Counted from the stretch's first letter, positions 52,548 to 63,575 are shown. The stretch is 64,000 nucleotides of DNA from Candidatus Nealsonbacteria bacterium (GCA_026396115.1 JAPLXL010000002.1:69142-133141); one strand, 5' to 3'. Notes: generated by a model from the sequence alone, not told the origin. Translations and numbers: made by a program.

Positions 52548-53677
52548 GAGTTTTAATTGTTTACCCTAAATTTTATATATACGGTGGAGCAGAATTAGTA
52601 GTAGTAAGATTAGCCAATTATTTATCGAGGAAAGGCATCCAAAATGCTATTTTGACGACTGCTATGCTGCCGGAAATAGAAAAAGATCTAGATAAAACAA
52701 AGGTGATTATTCAGAAAGAATCTAAAATTCCTTTTAATTTCTTGGGACTTAGAGAGATTTTAGCTTTGCATAAAGGAATCCGCGATAATTTGGACAACTT
52801 TGATGTAATAAATATACACAATTATCCAGCAGAGATTTCATTTTTCCCTTTTCAAAAGCCCGCTGTTTGGATGTGCAATGAGCCGCCAGAAATTGTTCTG
52901 CGCCTTGATTCGGAACAATCTCTGTTCTCAAGATTGGTAAAGAAGACAATTTTGAAGTTTGATAAATTCGTAGTCAGGCGTTATATAAAAAATGCAGTTG
53001 TGGCTGACGAATTTAATGCCGAAAGATTTGAAAAAATATACGGATTAAAGCCAGAAATAATAAATTATGGTATTGATTATAATTTTTTCTCCTCCGGTTA
53101 TCCGGAAGAAACAAAGAAAAAATACAATTTAACCAATAATTTTGTTATTCTTCAAGTAGGGATGTTAACCCCTTTAAAAAATCAATTAGAAAGCGTTAAA
53201 ACCATTAAAAAATTGAAAGATAAGATTCCTCATTTGAAGCTGATACTTGCAGGATTGGCAGAAGATGAGTATAAATTAAGTTTGGAAAAGTATATAAAAG
53301 AAGAACATCTTGAGGATTACATAATTTTTACCGGTCAATTAAACAGAAAAGAGTTGAGAGATTTATACCATGCTTGCGATGTTTTATTGCATCCGATAAA
53401 GCCTCAAGGAGGATGGCTGTCTCCCTTTGAAGCGCTCTGCGCGAAAAAATTAATTGTTGTCTCTCCGGAGATGAGTGCTTCTAGCATAATTAAAAAAGAA
53501 AAAATAGGCATTGTAACTGATAATTATGCAGAAACAATCATAGAAGTATACAGAAATGCGGATAAATATGTTAGAATGAAAGAAAAAGGGAGCGAATGGG
53601 TGAAAAATAATTTGAATTGGGATATTTTTTGCCAAAGGAATTTAGATGTATTTCAAAGAGCATTAAAATCAAAATAA
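52544..53677 (+). CDS. family 4 (GT-B) glycosyltransferase
   Basis: MRVLIVYPKFYIYGGAE ... typical GT4 C-terminal half (FTGQLNRKELRDLYHACDVLLHP ... SPFEALCAKKLIVV). Confidence 0.7.
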   Translation: MRVLIVYPKFYIYGGAELVVVRLANYLSRKGIQNAILTTAMLPEIEKDLDKTKVIIQKESKIPFNFLGLREILALHKGIRDNLDNFDVINIHNYPAEISFFPFQKPAVWMCNEPPEIVLRLDSEQSLFSRLVKKTILKFDKFVVRRYIKNAVVADEFNAERFEKIYGLKPEIINYGIDYNFFSSGYPEETKKKYNLTNNFVILQVGMLTPLKNQLESVKTIKKLKDKIPHLKLILAGLAEDEYKLSLEKYIKEEHLEDYIIFTGQLNRKELRDLYHACDVLLHPIKPQGGWLSPFEALCAKKLIVVSPEMSASSIIKKEKIGIVTDNYAETIIEVYRNADKYVRMKEKGSEWVKNNLNWDIFCQRNLDVFQRALKSK

Positions 53678-53682
53678 AATCT

Positions 53683-54711
53683 ATGAAAGTATTAGTAACA
53701 GGCGGTTGTGGATTCATCGGTTCTCATACCTGCGAGTATTATATCAAAAAAGGTGACGAGGTTATCTCTTTTGATAATATGACTAAACATGAATTGATGA
53801 GGACCGGTTATGGCACTGATACTGCCAGAGATTACAACTGGAATTTTCTTAAAAAATTAGGAGTCAATTTAATAAAAGGAGATATCCGAGATTATGAGAA
53901 GTTGAAAGAAGCAGCTAAAGGGTGTGATTTTATTATCCATACTGCTGCCCAGCCGGCAATGACCATCAGCGTAGAGGATCCAGACCTTGATTTTTCAACC
54001 AATGTTTTAGGAACATTTAATGTTCTAAAAGTAGCCCGTGATTATAAAATTCCAATGGTCTCCTGTGCCACTATTCATGTTTACGGAAATAAAATAAACG
54101 AAGAATTAAAAGAAGGGGAGACCCGGTATCTTCGGGAACCTCCGGAAATAGATGAGAAATATCCTACCATGGGAGGAACTCTGACTCCACTCCATGTTTC
54201 AAAAAGAGCAGCCGAACTTTATGTTCAGACTTTTATAGATACCTATGGTTTAGAAGCTGCCAGTTTTCGTTTGACAGGATTATATGGACCCAACCAATTT
54301 GGAGGAGAAGATCACGGTTGGGTTGCCAATTTCGCGATTAAAACTGTTCTGGGTGAGCCAATTAATATATACGGGACGGGAAAACAGGTGAGAGATATTT
54401 TATATGCCCGAGATGCCGTTTTGGCTTTTGATGCTTTTTGGAAAAATAGAAAGCCCGGTATTTATAATATTGGAGGAGGAATGAAAACTTCGATATCATT
54501 AGTTGAATGTATTGAACTTTTAAAAGAAATTACTGGCAAAGAAATAAAAGTAAATTTCTACCCCGATAGATTAGGAGATTTACGCTATTTTGTTTGTAAT
54601 ACTTCTAAAGCTAAACAAAATCTTAATTGGCAAGCAGAAATTCTGCCAAAAGAAGGGATAATCAGGTTAGTAAATTGGATTAAAGAGAACATTAATTTAT
54701 TTAAAAAATAA
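53683..54711 (+). CDS. NAD-dependent nucleotide-sugar epimerase (CDP-paratose 2-epimerase-like)
   Basis: MKVLVTGGCGFIGSH start. Extended-SDR layout with VSKRAAE (YxxxK-type position). The ATG at 53683 is preferred. Confidence 0.7.
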   Translation: MKVLVTGGCGFIGSHTCEYYIKKGDEVISFDNMTKHELMRTGYGTDTARDYNWNFLKKLGVNLIKGDIRDYEKLKEAAKGCDFIIHTAAQPAMTISVEDPDLDFSTNVLGTFNVLKVARDYKIPMVSCATIHVYGNKINEELKEGETRYLREPPEIDEKYPTMGGTLTPLHVSKRAAELYVQTFIDTYGLEAASFRLTGLYGPNQFGGEDHGWVANFAIKTVLGEPINIYGTGKQVRDILYARDAVLAFDAFWKNRKPGIYNIGGGMKTSISLVECIELLKEITGKEIKVNFYPDRLGDLRYFVCNTSKAKQNLNWQAEILPKEGIIRLVNWIKENINLFKK

Positions 54712-54715
54712 ATTT

Positions 54716-55441
54716 ATGAAAGCACTAATTTTAGCCGGAGGCAGAGGGAAGCGTCTAGCTGAAATTTCTAAGGATAAAAATAAATGCATGGTTGAAGTGA
54801 AAGGAAAGCCTCTTATTGAATATAGTTTAGATTGCGCAAGCCAAACCAATATTTCTGAAATAGTGATTGTAGTTGGATATAAAGCCGAAGAGATAACAAA
54901 CACTTATGGAAATAGATATAAGGGAAAGCCAATAAAATACGCACTTCAACCAGAACAGAGAGGACTAGTCCATGCAATTGAGTATGCCAAAAAGGCGATA
55001 GGAGGAGAGGATTTTATGTTAATGTTAGGAGACGAACTTATGATAAAATCAAAACACACAGAGATGATTAAAAAGTATCGCGATGAAAATCTTTTTGCTC
55101 TCTGTGGAGTCGTCAATGTAAAAGATAGAAATTTAATTAAAAAAACTTACGCTGTTATTCAAGGTGAAGATAATAGAATTTTTAGATTAATAGAAAAACC
55201 TTCCAGCCCAATGAATAATGTTATGGGTACAGGAAATTGCATATTCAAAAATGAAATCTTTTCTTATATTCCTCAGACTCCTATTAATCAAAAAAGAGGA
55301 GAAAAAGAACTTCCTGATCTTATTCAGTGTGCTATTGACGATGGGAAGGTAGTAAAGTCATTTGCTGTTTGCGATGAATATTTTAATTTAAATTTTAAAG
55401 AAGATATTAAAGACGCAGAATCTTATTTTAGCCATTTTTAA
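54716..55441 (+). CDS. sugar-phosphate nucleotidyltransferase
   Basis: MKALILAGGRGKRL ... MLGDEL. Confidence 0.75.
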   Translation: MKALILAGGRGKRLAEISKDKNKCMVEVKGKPLIEYSLDCASQTNISEIVIVVGYKAEEITNTYGNRYKGKPIKYALQPEQRGLVHAIEYAKKAIGGEDFMLMLGDELMIKSKHTEMIKKYRDENLFALCGVVNVKDRNLIKKTYAVIQGEDNRIFRLIEKPSSPMNNVMGTGNCIFKNEIFSYIPQTPINQKRGEKELPDLIQCAIDDGKVVKSFAVCDEYFNLNFKEDIKDAESYFSHF

Positions 55442-55458
55442 AAATATAGAACTTTCAG

Positions 55459-56229
55459 ATGAATATGGAGAATATAAAAAAATATCCAGAGATTAAAACA
55501 GCAATTATTCTTGCCGGAGGCAGTGGACGAAGAATGGTTAGTTTTTCAGTATTGCCGGACGAGTTAAAAAAACAAGACTTTAATCCGGAGACAATGCACA
55601 AATCCATGATTCCCGTCGGAGGAAAGCCTCTCTTGGAACATACTATTTTGTGGTTTAAAAGGTGGGGAATTAAAAAAGTAGTTATCGGAGTAGGATATCA
55701 AAAAGGAAGTATTATCAGTTATTTTAAAGATGGGAAGCAGTGGGATATAGAAATTATTTATGCCGAACATAATCCGGAGAGAGGAACTGCTGATGCCTTG
55801 AAAGAAGATATAGAAAAGTCGGGAATAAATGATAATTATTTTTTTGTCGTAAATTCAGACCAGTTGACTTCGTTCCCTTTAGAAAAATTAATTGAAGTTT
55901 GTTTTTCAGATGAAAATTTACCAATTGCCACTATTGGACTTGTTTATCCTACTTTTCCTTTTGGGAAGGTAGAATGTAATCTTGAGACGCATAAAGTGGT
56001 TAATTTTCAAGAGAAGCCAATTGTGAAAATACCAACAAGTGCTGGCATTTATCTTTTTTCCAAAGAAATTAAATCTTACCTTAAAGATGATTTAGAAAAA
56101 TATACCTTCCCAATTTTAGTTGAGAAAGGCAAAATCAAAGGATGTCTTTATGAAGGATTTTGGGACACTATTAATACAATAAAAGATTGGGAACGTATAA
56201 ATAATCAATTTAAAACATATGATAAATAA
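55459..56229 (+). CDS. sugar-phosphate nucleotidyltransferase
   Basis: AIILAGGSGRRM ... KSMIPVGGKPLLEH ... GTADAL. Confidence 0.7.
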   Translation: MNMENIKKYPEIKTAIILAGGSGRRMVSFSVLPDELKKQDFNPETMHKSMIPVGGKPLLEHTILWFKRWGIKKVVIGVGYQKGSIISYFKDGKQWDIEIIYAEHNPERGTADALKEDIEKSGINDNYFFVVNSDQLTSFPLEKLIEVCFSDENLPIATIGLVYPTFPFGKVECNLETHKVVNFQEKPIVKIPTSAGIYLFSKEIKSYLKDDLEKYTFPILVEKGKIKGCLYEGFWDTINTIKDWERINNQFKTYDK

Positions 56230-57205
56230 CAAAAAAACTCTTCTTATCACAGGTTCAACTGGTTTTATCGGTTCGCATTTAGTTGAGAAACTGGTTGATA
56301 AATATCAAGTAGTAGCTCTTGTTCCGTCCAGCGACATAGGGATGAGGCTTCTTCCTAAAGATGTTCGCGTTGAATACGCGGGGCTTGAGGATTTTGATTT
56401 GGTTAAAAAAATTATATTCAATAATGAGCCAAAAATAGTTGTCCATCTTGGAGCAATCACGCCTGTTCGCTACTCTTTTGAAAATCCCGATATTTATCAA
56501 AAAGTTAATTATTTAGCCACGATTAATCTTGCAGAGTTAGCTATTAAAGTTAAAGATTTTGAGAAATTTATTTTTGCTTCCACTATGGAAACCTACGGTT
56601 GGCAGCCGGTTAAAAAACCATTTACGGAAGATTTATCTTTTAATCCCGACAGTCCTTATGCTGTATCAAAAGTAGCTGCTGAAAAATATATCCAGATGCT
56701 AAGTAGAGCGCTTAACTTCCCGTCGATTATTCTAAAAGCATGTAATACTTTTGGCCGAAAAAATGAGAAAGGTTACATTGTAGAATATATTATTACCGAA
56801 ATGTTAAAGGGAAAGAGTCCTCAGCTTGGAACCCCGGAAGCGGTAAGAGACTTAATGTATGTTAATGACCACGTAAATGGTTATTTAAAAGCAATTGAAT
56901 TTGAATTACCTGAGCCAAAAGAAAGAAAGAAAATTTTAGAGAAAAATCCGATAGCTTTTACTTTTAATATTGGAAATGGTTATGAATTTACAATGAAAGA
57001 AATTGCCCGGAAGATAGGAGAAATAATTGGATTTGAAGGAGAGATTAAAACTGGTTTTCCAAAAGATTATCCCTGGCGTCCTTCAGTTGCTCCTTATCTT
57101 AGTTTGAATGCTAGTTATGCTCAGAAAATACTTAAATGGAAACCGGAATTTTCTTTAGAGAAAGGGCTACAAAAAACTATTGAGTTTTGGAAAGGAAATT
57201 TATGA
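56219..57205 (+). CDS. NAD-dependent nucleotide-sugar epimerase/dehydratase
   Basis: LLITGSTGFIGSHL ... SPYAVSK (YxxxK). Confidence 0.75.
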   Translation: MINNKKTLLITGSTGFIGSHLVEKLVDKYQVVALVPSSDIGMRLLPKDVRVEYAGLEDFDLVKKIIFNNEPKIVVHLGAITPVRYSFENPDIYQKVNYLATINLAELAIKVKDFEKFIFASTMETYGWQPVKKPFTEDLSFNPDSPYAVSKVAAEKYIQMLSRALNFPSIILKACNTFGRKNEKGYIVEYIITEMLKGKSPQLGTPEAVRDLMYVNDHVNGYLKAIEFELPEPKERKKILEKNPIAFTFNIGNGYEFTMKEIARKIGEIIGFEGEIKTGFPKDYPWRPSVAPYLSLNASYAQKILKWKPEFSLEKGLQKTIEFWKGNL

Positions 57206-58383
57206 GAAAACTTAAAATAGCTGTTTATCATAATCTTCCGGATGGAGGGGCGAAAAAAGTAATTGAAAATATTATATCTGGTCTAAAAAACCGAGGTCAT
57301 GAGATAGACATATATACCGGGGAAGGTTTTCATTCTTCAAAATTAAGTAAAAAATATAGTTTTAACAAGATTCTATTACCTTTTAACCTTTGGCGCTATA
57401 GAAGATTTTGCCGGAAATTAGCTTCAGAAATCAATAGAGAGGACTATGACGTTGGGATAATTACAAACTCAAAGATACTTCAACACCCTTATGTATTAAA
57501 ATACATAAAATTCCCTAAACTTTTAATATCCCAAGAACCTTTGAGAAGTATCTATGAAAGAAATTTCCAGAAAAATTATGTTTATAAAAGATATTACAAG
57601 GGATTGGCTGGAAGACTTGTTTCTTTATATTCTCTTTTAGATAATTTTGTGAGGGAAAGACCTGATAGAGAAAATCTGAAAAATGCGGATGAATTAATTG
57701 TAAATTCTTATTTCAGCAAAGAAAACTTTTTATCTGACTACGGAATTCTTGGAAAAGTAGTCTATCCCGGAGTGGATACAAAAATATTTAAGCCACCTTT
57801 GGAGAATAAAAGGGAAAACTATATTTTAAGCATCGGTATCTATCATTTAGTTAAAGCTCACGATTTAGTTATCAAAGCTCTTAGTTTTATTCCCGAAAAT
57901 AAACGGCCTTTACTCAAAATACTTGGTTTTGGGAATCTTGATACATCTAAAAAAGAACTCCAGTATCTTAAAAATCTTAGGGACAGTTTAGGTTTAGAGG
58001 AAAATGTAAAATTTGAGAAAGATTTTTTAGGAAATAATATAATAAATTATTACCAAAATGCTTATTTAACAATAGCAACCCATTTTTTAGAACCTTTTGG
58101 TTTTGCTCCTATTGAATCTATGGCTTGTGGAACACCCGTGGTTGCTGTAAAAGAAGGAGGTTTTCGGGAAACAGTAAAGCATGGAGAAACGGGTCTGTTG
58201 GTAGAAAGAGATCCAAAAGAGCTTGCAAATGCTATTTTATGTCTGATAGAAAACAAAGAAATTTGGAAAAGATTTTCTGAAAACGGACTTAATTGGGTAA
58301 AATCTAATTTCTCTTGGGAATCAGCGGTAATTAAAATAGAGAAAGAACTTCTTACTCTTACAAAAAATGAGAATAGGTATTGA
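57202..58383 (+). CDS. family 4 glycosyltransferase
   Basis: EPFGFAPIESMACGTPVVAV (Ex7E motif). The ATG at 57202 overlaps the upstream stop (ATGA). Confidence 0.8.
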   Translation: MRKLKIAVYHNLPDGGAKKVIENIISGLKNRGHEIDIYTGEGFHSSKLSKKYSFNKILLPFNLWRYRRFCRKLASEINREDYDVGIITNSKILQHPYVLKYIKFPKLLISQEPLRSIYERNFQKNYVYKRYYKGLAGRLVSLYSLLDNFVRERPDRENLKNADELIVNSYFSKENFLSDYGILGKVVYPGVDTKIFKPPLENKRENYILSIGIYHLVKAHDLVIKALSFIPENKRPLLKILGFGNLDTSKKELQYLKNLRDSLGLEENVKFEKDFLGNNIINYYQNAYLTIATHFLEPFGFAPIESMACGTPVVAVKEGGFRETVKHGETGLLVERDPKELANAILCLIENKEIWKRFSENGLNWVKSNFSWESAVIKIEKELLTLTKNENRY

Positions 58384-59512
58384 TGCAAGATTATTAGAGA
58401 GAGAAATGACGGGTATCGGTCGAGTCGTTGCGGGTATTTTAAACTGCATTCGTTCATTAGATAAAGATAACGAATATTTTTTATTTTCTTTTGGTAACCT
58501 AGAAAATTATAGAAAGAAAGGCTTCACGATTATACCAACGGGCCGAAATAAAGTAATCCCTTCTGAAGTTTATTCTCCAATTTGGCTGAATTTTATCTTG
58601 CCTCGTTATATTAAAAAAAATAATATAGATTTGTTCTTTTTTCCAAGCTCCCTAATTCCGACGGTTAATCTTAGATGCAAGAAAGTAATTCTTCTTTGCG
58701 ATGTTTTTCATAAAGTAAATAAAAATTATCACCCCTTTTTCTATAGGAAATATCTGGATTTGTTTCTGAATTTTTCAATTAAAAAAAGTAATTTAGTTTT
58801 AACAATTTCTGAAAATTCAAAGGAAGATATTATAAATTTTTACAAAGTTCCCGGAGGGAAAATAAAAATGGTATATTTAGCCGCAGGAGAAGAATTTAGG
58901 CCTCGTTTATTAACACCGGAAGAGAAAGAATATCTGATAAAAAAATATAATCTACCTCCTAATTTTATTCTTTATATCGGTATTATAGATTTCAGAAAAA
59001 ATATTAATGCTATAATAGAAACAGCCGATATCTTGGTAAATAGAGAGAAGAAAGATGTCTATTTTGTTTTAATTGGCAGACCGGCTTTGGATTATAAAAA
59101 TATAATTAAAAAAAGCCAAAAAATTAGAGAAGGACATATTATCTTTTTGGATGCAGAGAGTAAAGATATTCCTTTTATCTATAATCTCGCAAATGTGTTT
59201 TTCTTTCCCTCTTTTTATGAAGGATTTGGCTTGAGTCCGTTAGAAGCAATGCAGTCGGGTACGCCGGTTGTTGCTTCTAATGCTTCTTCTTTACCCGAGG
59301 TTATCGGAGAAGAAGGAGGAGGAGGAGGATTGATGAGAGAGCCAAATGATTATCAGGGATTTGCCAATGATATTCTGAAGTTGTCAGAAGATAAAAATTT
59401 TTATCAGGAAATAAGAGAAAAGGGGGTTGAGCAAGCAAAAAATTTTAGCTGGAGAAAAACTACCGAGGAAATTATAGAAGTTTTTAATCAAATTTATGAA
59501 ACCGAAAAATAA
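58367..59512 (+). CDS. family 4 glycosyltransferase
   Basis: [20 protein letters not shown] (Ex7E motif). Confidence 0.8.
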   Translation: MRIGIDARLLEREMTGIGRVVAGILNCIRSLDKDNEYFLFSFGNLENYRKKGFTIIPTGRNKVIPSEVYSPIWLNFILPRYIKKNNIDLFFFPSSLIPTVNLRCKKVILLCDVFHKVNKNYHPFFYRKYLDLFLNFSIKKSNLVLTISENSKEDIINFYKVPGGKIKMVYLAAGEEFRPRLLTPEEKEYLIKKYNLPPNFILYIGIIDFRKNINAIIETADILVNREKKDVYFVLIGRPALDYKNIIKKSQKIREGHIIFLDAESKDIPFIYNLANVFFFPSFYEGFGLSPLEAMQSGTPVVASNASSLPEVIGEEGGGGGLMREPNDYQGFANDILKLSEDKNFYQEIREKGVEQAKNFSWRKTTEEIIEVFNQIYETEK

Positions 59513-60797
59513 AATATGCGTAATTGGTTTATGGCATCTTGGATGCGTTGTTTCGTCTTGTCTGGCTAATGCAGGATACAAAGTCTGCGGGGTAGATTTT
59601 ACTCCCGAAATTATCAATAATCTGAAAAAAGGGAAACCGCCGTTATATGAACTGGGTTTGGAAGAGTTATTGGTTAAAAATTTAAAAAGCAAGAGAATTA
59701 GTTTCACCGATTCTTTCAAGGATGCGCTTGATAAAGCAAGTTTTATTTTTTTAGCTTTTGACACGCCTGTTGATGAAAAAGACAGGTCAGATTTATCGAT
59801 TATCTATAACGCTTGTAAAAAAATAGCTGAGTTTGCGCCAGAGAAATTTACATTGGTGATTATGAGCCAGATACCGGTCGGTACATCAAAAATTCTCAAA
59901 GAGTTTATCTTAAAGAAAAATAAAGCTCTCTTATTTGAAGTAGTTTATAACCCAGAAAATTTGAGACTTGGGCAAGCGTTAGAGGGATTTATGAAACCAG
60001 ATAGGTTAATTATCGGTTTAGAGAATGGAATTATAAAGAAAAAAATAGAAAAACTATATTCTTTTATTAAAGCCCCTAAGATATATATGGATTTAAGCAG
60101 CGCTGAAATGACAAAGCATGCAATCAATTCTTATTTGGCAGGCTCTATTAGTTTTATAAATGAGATAGCGGGTTTATGTGAAGTAACAGGTGCTGATGCC
60201 AGGAAAGTTGCAGAGGGGATGAAAAGCGACAAGCGGATTGGCCAATATGCATTTTTGAATCCGGGTTTGGGATTTTCTGGCGGTACGCTTGCCAGAGACC
60301 TTCAAGTTTTAAGGAAAATTGGGAAACGTAAAAAAATAAAAACACGAATGCTAAATGCTATTATAGAAGTGAATCAGGAGCAAAACAAAAAAATTATAAA
60401 AAAAATAAAAAGTATATTTGGTTCAATTTCCAAATTGAACGTTACAATATTAGGCCTCACTTATAAGCCGGGAACTAGTACTTTACGGCGTTCGGCAGCT
60501 TTAAAAATAGCTCAAAAATTAATTTTTTATAAGGCTAACGTTAAGGCATTTGATCCTATGGTTAATACCCAAAAGATAATAACAGGATTGAAAGTTTTTA
60601 AGAGTCCATATGATGCTGTAAGAAACTCCGACCTTATTCTTTTAATTACCGAGTGGCCGGAATTTAAAAATTTAAATTTTTCTAAAATTAAAAGATTAAT
60701 GAGAAAGCCGATAATAATAGATTGTAAAAATTTTCTAGATTCAGAAGTTGTCAAAAATATAGGTTTTGATTATTATGGTGTTGGTATTAAAAATTAA
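59496..60797 (+). CDS. UDP-glucose/GDP-mannose 6-dehydrogenase-family protein with non-canonical active site
   Basis: Family architecture is clear (YNPENLRLG, LTYKPGTSTLRRSAA). However, the nucleophile position reads GFSGGTLARD instead of GFGGSCLPKD, and the NAD motif is GLWHLG instead of GxGYVG. Confidence 0.7.
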   Translation: MKPKNKICVIGLWHLGCVVSSCLANAGYKVCGVDFTPEIINNLKKGKPPLYELGLEELLVKNLKSKRISFTDSFKDALDKASFIFLAFDTPVDEKDRSDLSIIYNACKKIAEFAPEKFTLVIMSQIPVGTSKILKEFILKKNKALLFEVVYNPENLRLGQALEGFMKPDRLIIGLENGIIKKKIEKLYSFIKAPKIYMDLSSAEMTKHAINSYLAGSISFINEIAGLCEVTGADARKVAEGMKSDKRIGQYAFLNPGLGFSGGTLARDLQVLRKIGKRKKIKTRMLNAIIEVNQEQNKKIIKKIKSIFGSISKLNVTILGLTYKPGTSTLRRSAALKIAQKLIFYKANVKAFDPMVNTQKIITGLKVFKSPYDAVRNSDLILLITEWPEFKNLNFSKIKRLMRKPIIIDCKNFLDSEVVKNIGFDYYGVGIKN

Positions 60798-60808
60798 AAT
60801 ACAAAAAT

Positions 60809-61639
60809 ATGTTATTGAAAAATAAAATAGCAATAATTACCGGAGCTGCCGGAGGTATAGGGAGTGTTATCGCCCAAACATTTATCAAAGAAGGATGTAA
60901 TGTGGTTTTGGCTGACCGCATAAAACCGGATTTAGATAAAATTTCTAAAATAGTAAAGAAATATAATCCTAAACTTTTATCTGCGGTAGTAGATGTTACT
61001 AATGCAAAAGAGGTAAAGCGCGTAGTAGACCTTGCGCAAAAAAAATTTTCTAAAATAGATATTTTAGTAAATGCTGCCGGCATTCAAGGGCCGATAGGAA
61101 GTTTTATAGAAAATGATATAAAAAAATGGATGAAGACAATAGATGTGAATCTTTTTGGCACCATATTGTTTATAAAATCTGTTCTGCCGATTATGATAAA
61201 GCAGGGTTACGGAAAGATTATAAATTTTTCAGGCGGAGGAGCTTTTAATCCACGGCCAAATTTCTCGGCTTATGCTACCTCAAAAGCAGCGGTTGTCCGT
61301 CTTACCGAAACTTTAGCCGAAGAAACAAAAAGATATAATATTCAAATTAATGCAATCTCTCCGGGAGCGGTGAACACTAAGATGTTGGAGCAAGTGCTTA
61401 AGTCAGGAGCGGAGGCCGCCGGAGCTGAGTTCTATGAAAAATCGAAAAAGCAAAAAAAAGAAGGTGGAGACTCGCCCCAGTTAGCAGCCGATCTGATATT
61501 ATTTTTGTCTTCAGAAAAATCTTATAATTTAAGCGGCAAAATAATAAGCGCTAAATGGGATAATTGGAGGGACTGGAATAAGGAAGAAATTTCAAAGATT
61601 ATGTCATCCGATATCTATACTTTAAGAAGAATAATATGA
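60809..61639 (+). CDS. short-chain dehydrogenase/reductase
   Basis: ITGAAGGIGSVIA (TGxxxGIG) and YATSKAAV (YxxxK). Confidence 0.85.
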   Translation: MLLKNKIAIITGAAGGIGSVIAQTFIKEGCNVVLADRIKPDLDKISKIVKKYNPKLLSAVVDVTNAKEVKRVVDLAQKKFSKIDILVNAAGIQGPIGSFIENDIKKWMKTIDVNLFGTILFIKSVLPIMIKQGYGKIINFSGGGAFNPRPNFSAYATSKAAVVRLTETLAEETKRYNIQINAISPGAVNTKMLEQVLKSGAEAAGAEFYEKSKKQKKEGGDSPQLAADLILFLSSEKSYNLSGKIISAKWDNWRDWNKEEISKIMSSDIYTLRRII

Positions 61640-62640
61640 GGGTAGGAATTATTGGGCTTGGCCGTCAGGGTTGGCGCCGAGCTGAGGCAATAAAAAAAAC
61701 GAGCGATAAAATAATTATAGGAGCTACCGATAAAATAAATGAGAATTCGAAACTCTTCTCTGAAAGTTTTGGTTGTGAAATCACTGATAATTGGAAAGAT
61801 TTAGTTAAAAGGAAAGATGTTGATATTGTGGTGATTTGTACTCCACCAAACCTGCATAGTAATATGGCGGTTACTGCCCTAAGAGCTAAAAAACATGTTT
61901 TGTGCGAAAAACCCTTAGCTTTGAATGTTAAAGAGGCAAAGATAATATTAAAAGAAGTAAAAAAAAGTGGTTGTAAGCTGAAATGTGGGTTTAATCTTCG
62001 TTATCATCCGGCGATATCTTTAGCAAAGAAATGGGTAGATAGGGGATTAATTGGAGAACTAATTTTTATTCGCTGTCGTTATGGAATTGTCGGAAGAGAA
62101 GGATATGAAAAAGATTGGCGAGCCAAAAAAGAAATCAGTGGCGGAGGACAATTGATGGATCAGGGAATGCATGTTTTAGATTTGTCTCGTTGGTTTTTGG
62201 GTGAATTCAAAGAGGTTTTTGGAAGTCTCTCAACTAATTTTTGGAAAATTTCTCCTTTAGAGGATAATGTTTTTGCCATTCTTGAGACCAAAGAAAAACA
62301 GACAGCTTTTTGCCATATCAGCTGGACTCAATGGAAAAATTTATTTTCTTTTGAAGTTTATGGAAAAGACGGCTATCTTACATCTGAAGGTTTAGGCGGA
62401 AGTTATGGATTGGAGAAACTTATTTTTGGAAAGAGAGATTTTAAAAAACCTTTTGATCAGAAAATAATTAAATTTGGGAAGAAAGATTCTTCTTGGCTTG
62501 AAGAATGGAAAGAGTTTACCTTAGCGATAAAAAAAGACCGGCAGCCCCTAGGTTCTGATTATGACGGTTTTATGGCGCTTAAACTGGCTGAAGCTCTTTA
62601 TAAATCGGCCAGAACAAAGAAAATAGTAAAATTAAATTAA
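61636..62640 (+). CDS. Gfo/Idh/MocA-family oxidoreductase
   Basis: MRVGIIGLGRQGWRR Rossmann start and VLCEKPLA (EKP motif). Confidence 0.85.
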   Translation: MRVGIIGLGRQGWRRAEAIKKTSDKIIIGATDKINENSKLFSESFGCEITDNWKDLVKRKDVDIVVICTPPNLHSNMAVTALRAKKHVLCEKPLALNVKEAKIILKEVKKSGCKLKCGFNLRYHPAISLAKKWVDRGLIGELIFIRCRYGIVGREGYEKDWRAKKEISGGGQLMDQGMHVLDLSRWFLGEFKEVFGSLSTNFWKISPLEDNVFAILETKEKQTAFCHISWTQWKNLFSFEVYGKDGYLTSEGLGGSYGLEKLIFGKRDFKKPFDQKIIKFGKKDSSWLEEWKEFTLAIKKDRQPLGSDYDGFMALKLAEALYKSARTKKIVKLN

Positions 62641-63575
62641 GGTTTAAGATAATCTTTTATCCCTTGCTCAAGATTATATTTTGGCTCCCAATTTAAATAT
62701 TTTTTTGTCGTAGTAATATCGGCTTCGGTATAATATTGATAAGAATCTTTAAATGGATTTTCTTGATATTCCGGCTTTAGATTTGTTCCTAAGAACTTAT
62801 TTAGTGTATCTACGGTTTCGTTAACGCTAATAGCTTTTCCGGTACCGATATTGAATAATTCGTTAACTTTCGAATTTAAAGAAAGTAAATTAGCTCTGAC
62901 AACATCTTTAACATAAATGAAATCTCTTTTTTGTTTTCCGTCACCGAAAACGATAGGGCTTTTTCCTTTTTTCATTTGGGAATACAATTTCCAGATTAAG
63001 CTTCCTTTTTTTTCCGTGACTTTATAATATTCTTTTGGTCCGTAGACAACAAAATATCTTAGACCAACCAACTTCAGATTTTTTTTCTCAAATAAATCAA
63101 AATATTCTCTGGCAATATTATCTTGAATTAACTTTGAAAAAGCGTAAGCGTTAACTGGATATTCTCCTTCTCCTACTTTCATTGGAGGAGCGGAGTTTCC
63201 GTAGACACCGCTTGACGAAGCATAAACGAGGTGAGTGTTATGGGACAAGGCATAATTTAAGAGGTTTCTGAAACTCTCAATATTTTCATAAATTACTTTT
63301 TGCTCTTCATCTCTGGAGATAATAGTATCGGTGATTGCCGCCTGATGAAAAATAATGTCTAATTTTGGAAAAAATTTATCCAGATCTACGTTTAAAACGT
63401 TATTTGCTATAACATCTCCTTTAAATCCTGACAGGTTTTGGAAATGACCTGATGAAAAATTATCTATTACAAAAATTTCGGCTTCCGGATATTTTTCCTG
63501 AATTTCCAATACCAAATTTGCACCGATAAACCCGGCTCCTCCGGTTATTAAAATTTTCTTTTTATTTAAATCCAT
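62637..63575 (-). CDS. nucleotide-heptose 6-epimerase-like extended SDR (HldD/RfaD-like)
   Basis: ILITGGAGFIGANL ... LVYASSSGVYG ... NAYAFSKLIQD ... VGLRYFVVYGPKE ... QKRDFIYVKDV ... NIGTGKA runs colinear with the E. coli HldD sequence as I recall it. Confidence 0.65.
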   Translation of the reverse strand: MDLNKKKILITGGAGFIGANLVLEIQEKYPEAEIFVIDNFSSGHFQNLSGFKGDVIANNVLNVDLDKFFPKLDIIFHQAAITDTIISRDEEQKVIYENIESFRNLLNYALSHNTHLVYASSSGVYGNSAPPMKVGEGEYPVNAYAFSKLIQDNIAREYFDLFEKKNLKLVGLRYFVVYGPKEYYKVTEKKGSLIWKLYSQMKKGKSPIVFGDGKQKRDFIYVKDVVRANLLSLNSKVNELFNIGTGKAISVNETVDTLNKFLGTNLKPEYQENPFKDSYQYYTEADITTTKKYLNWEPKYNLEQGIKDYLKP

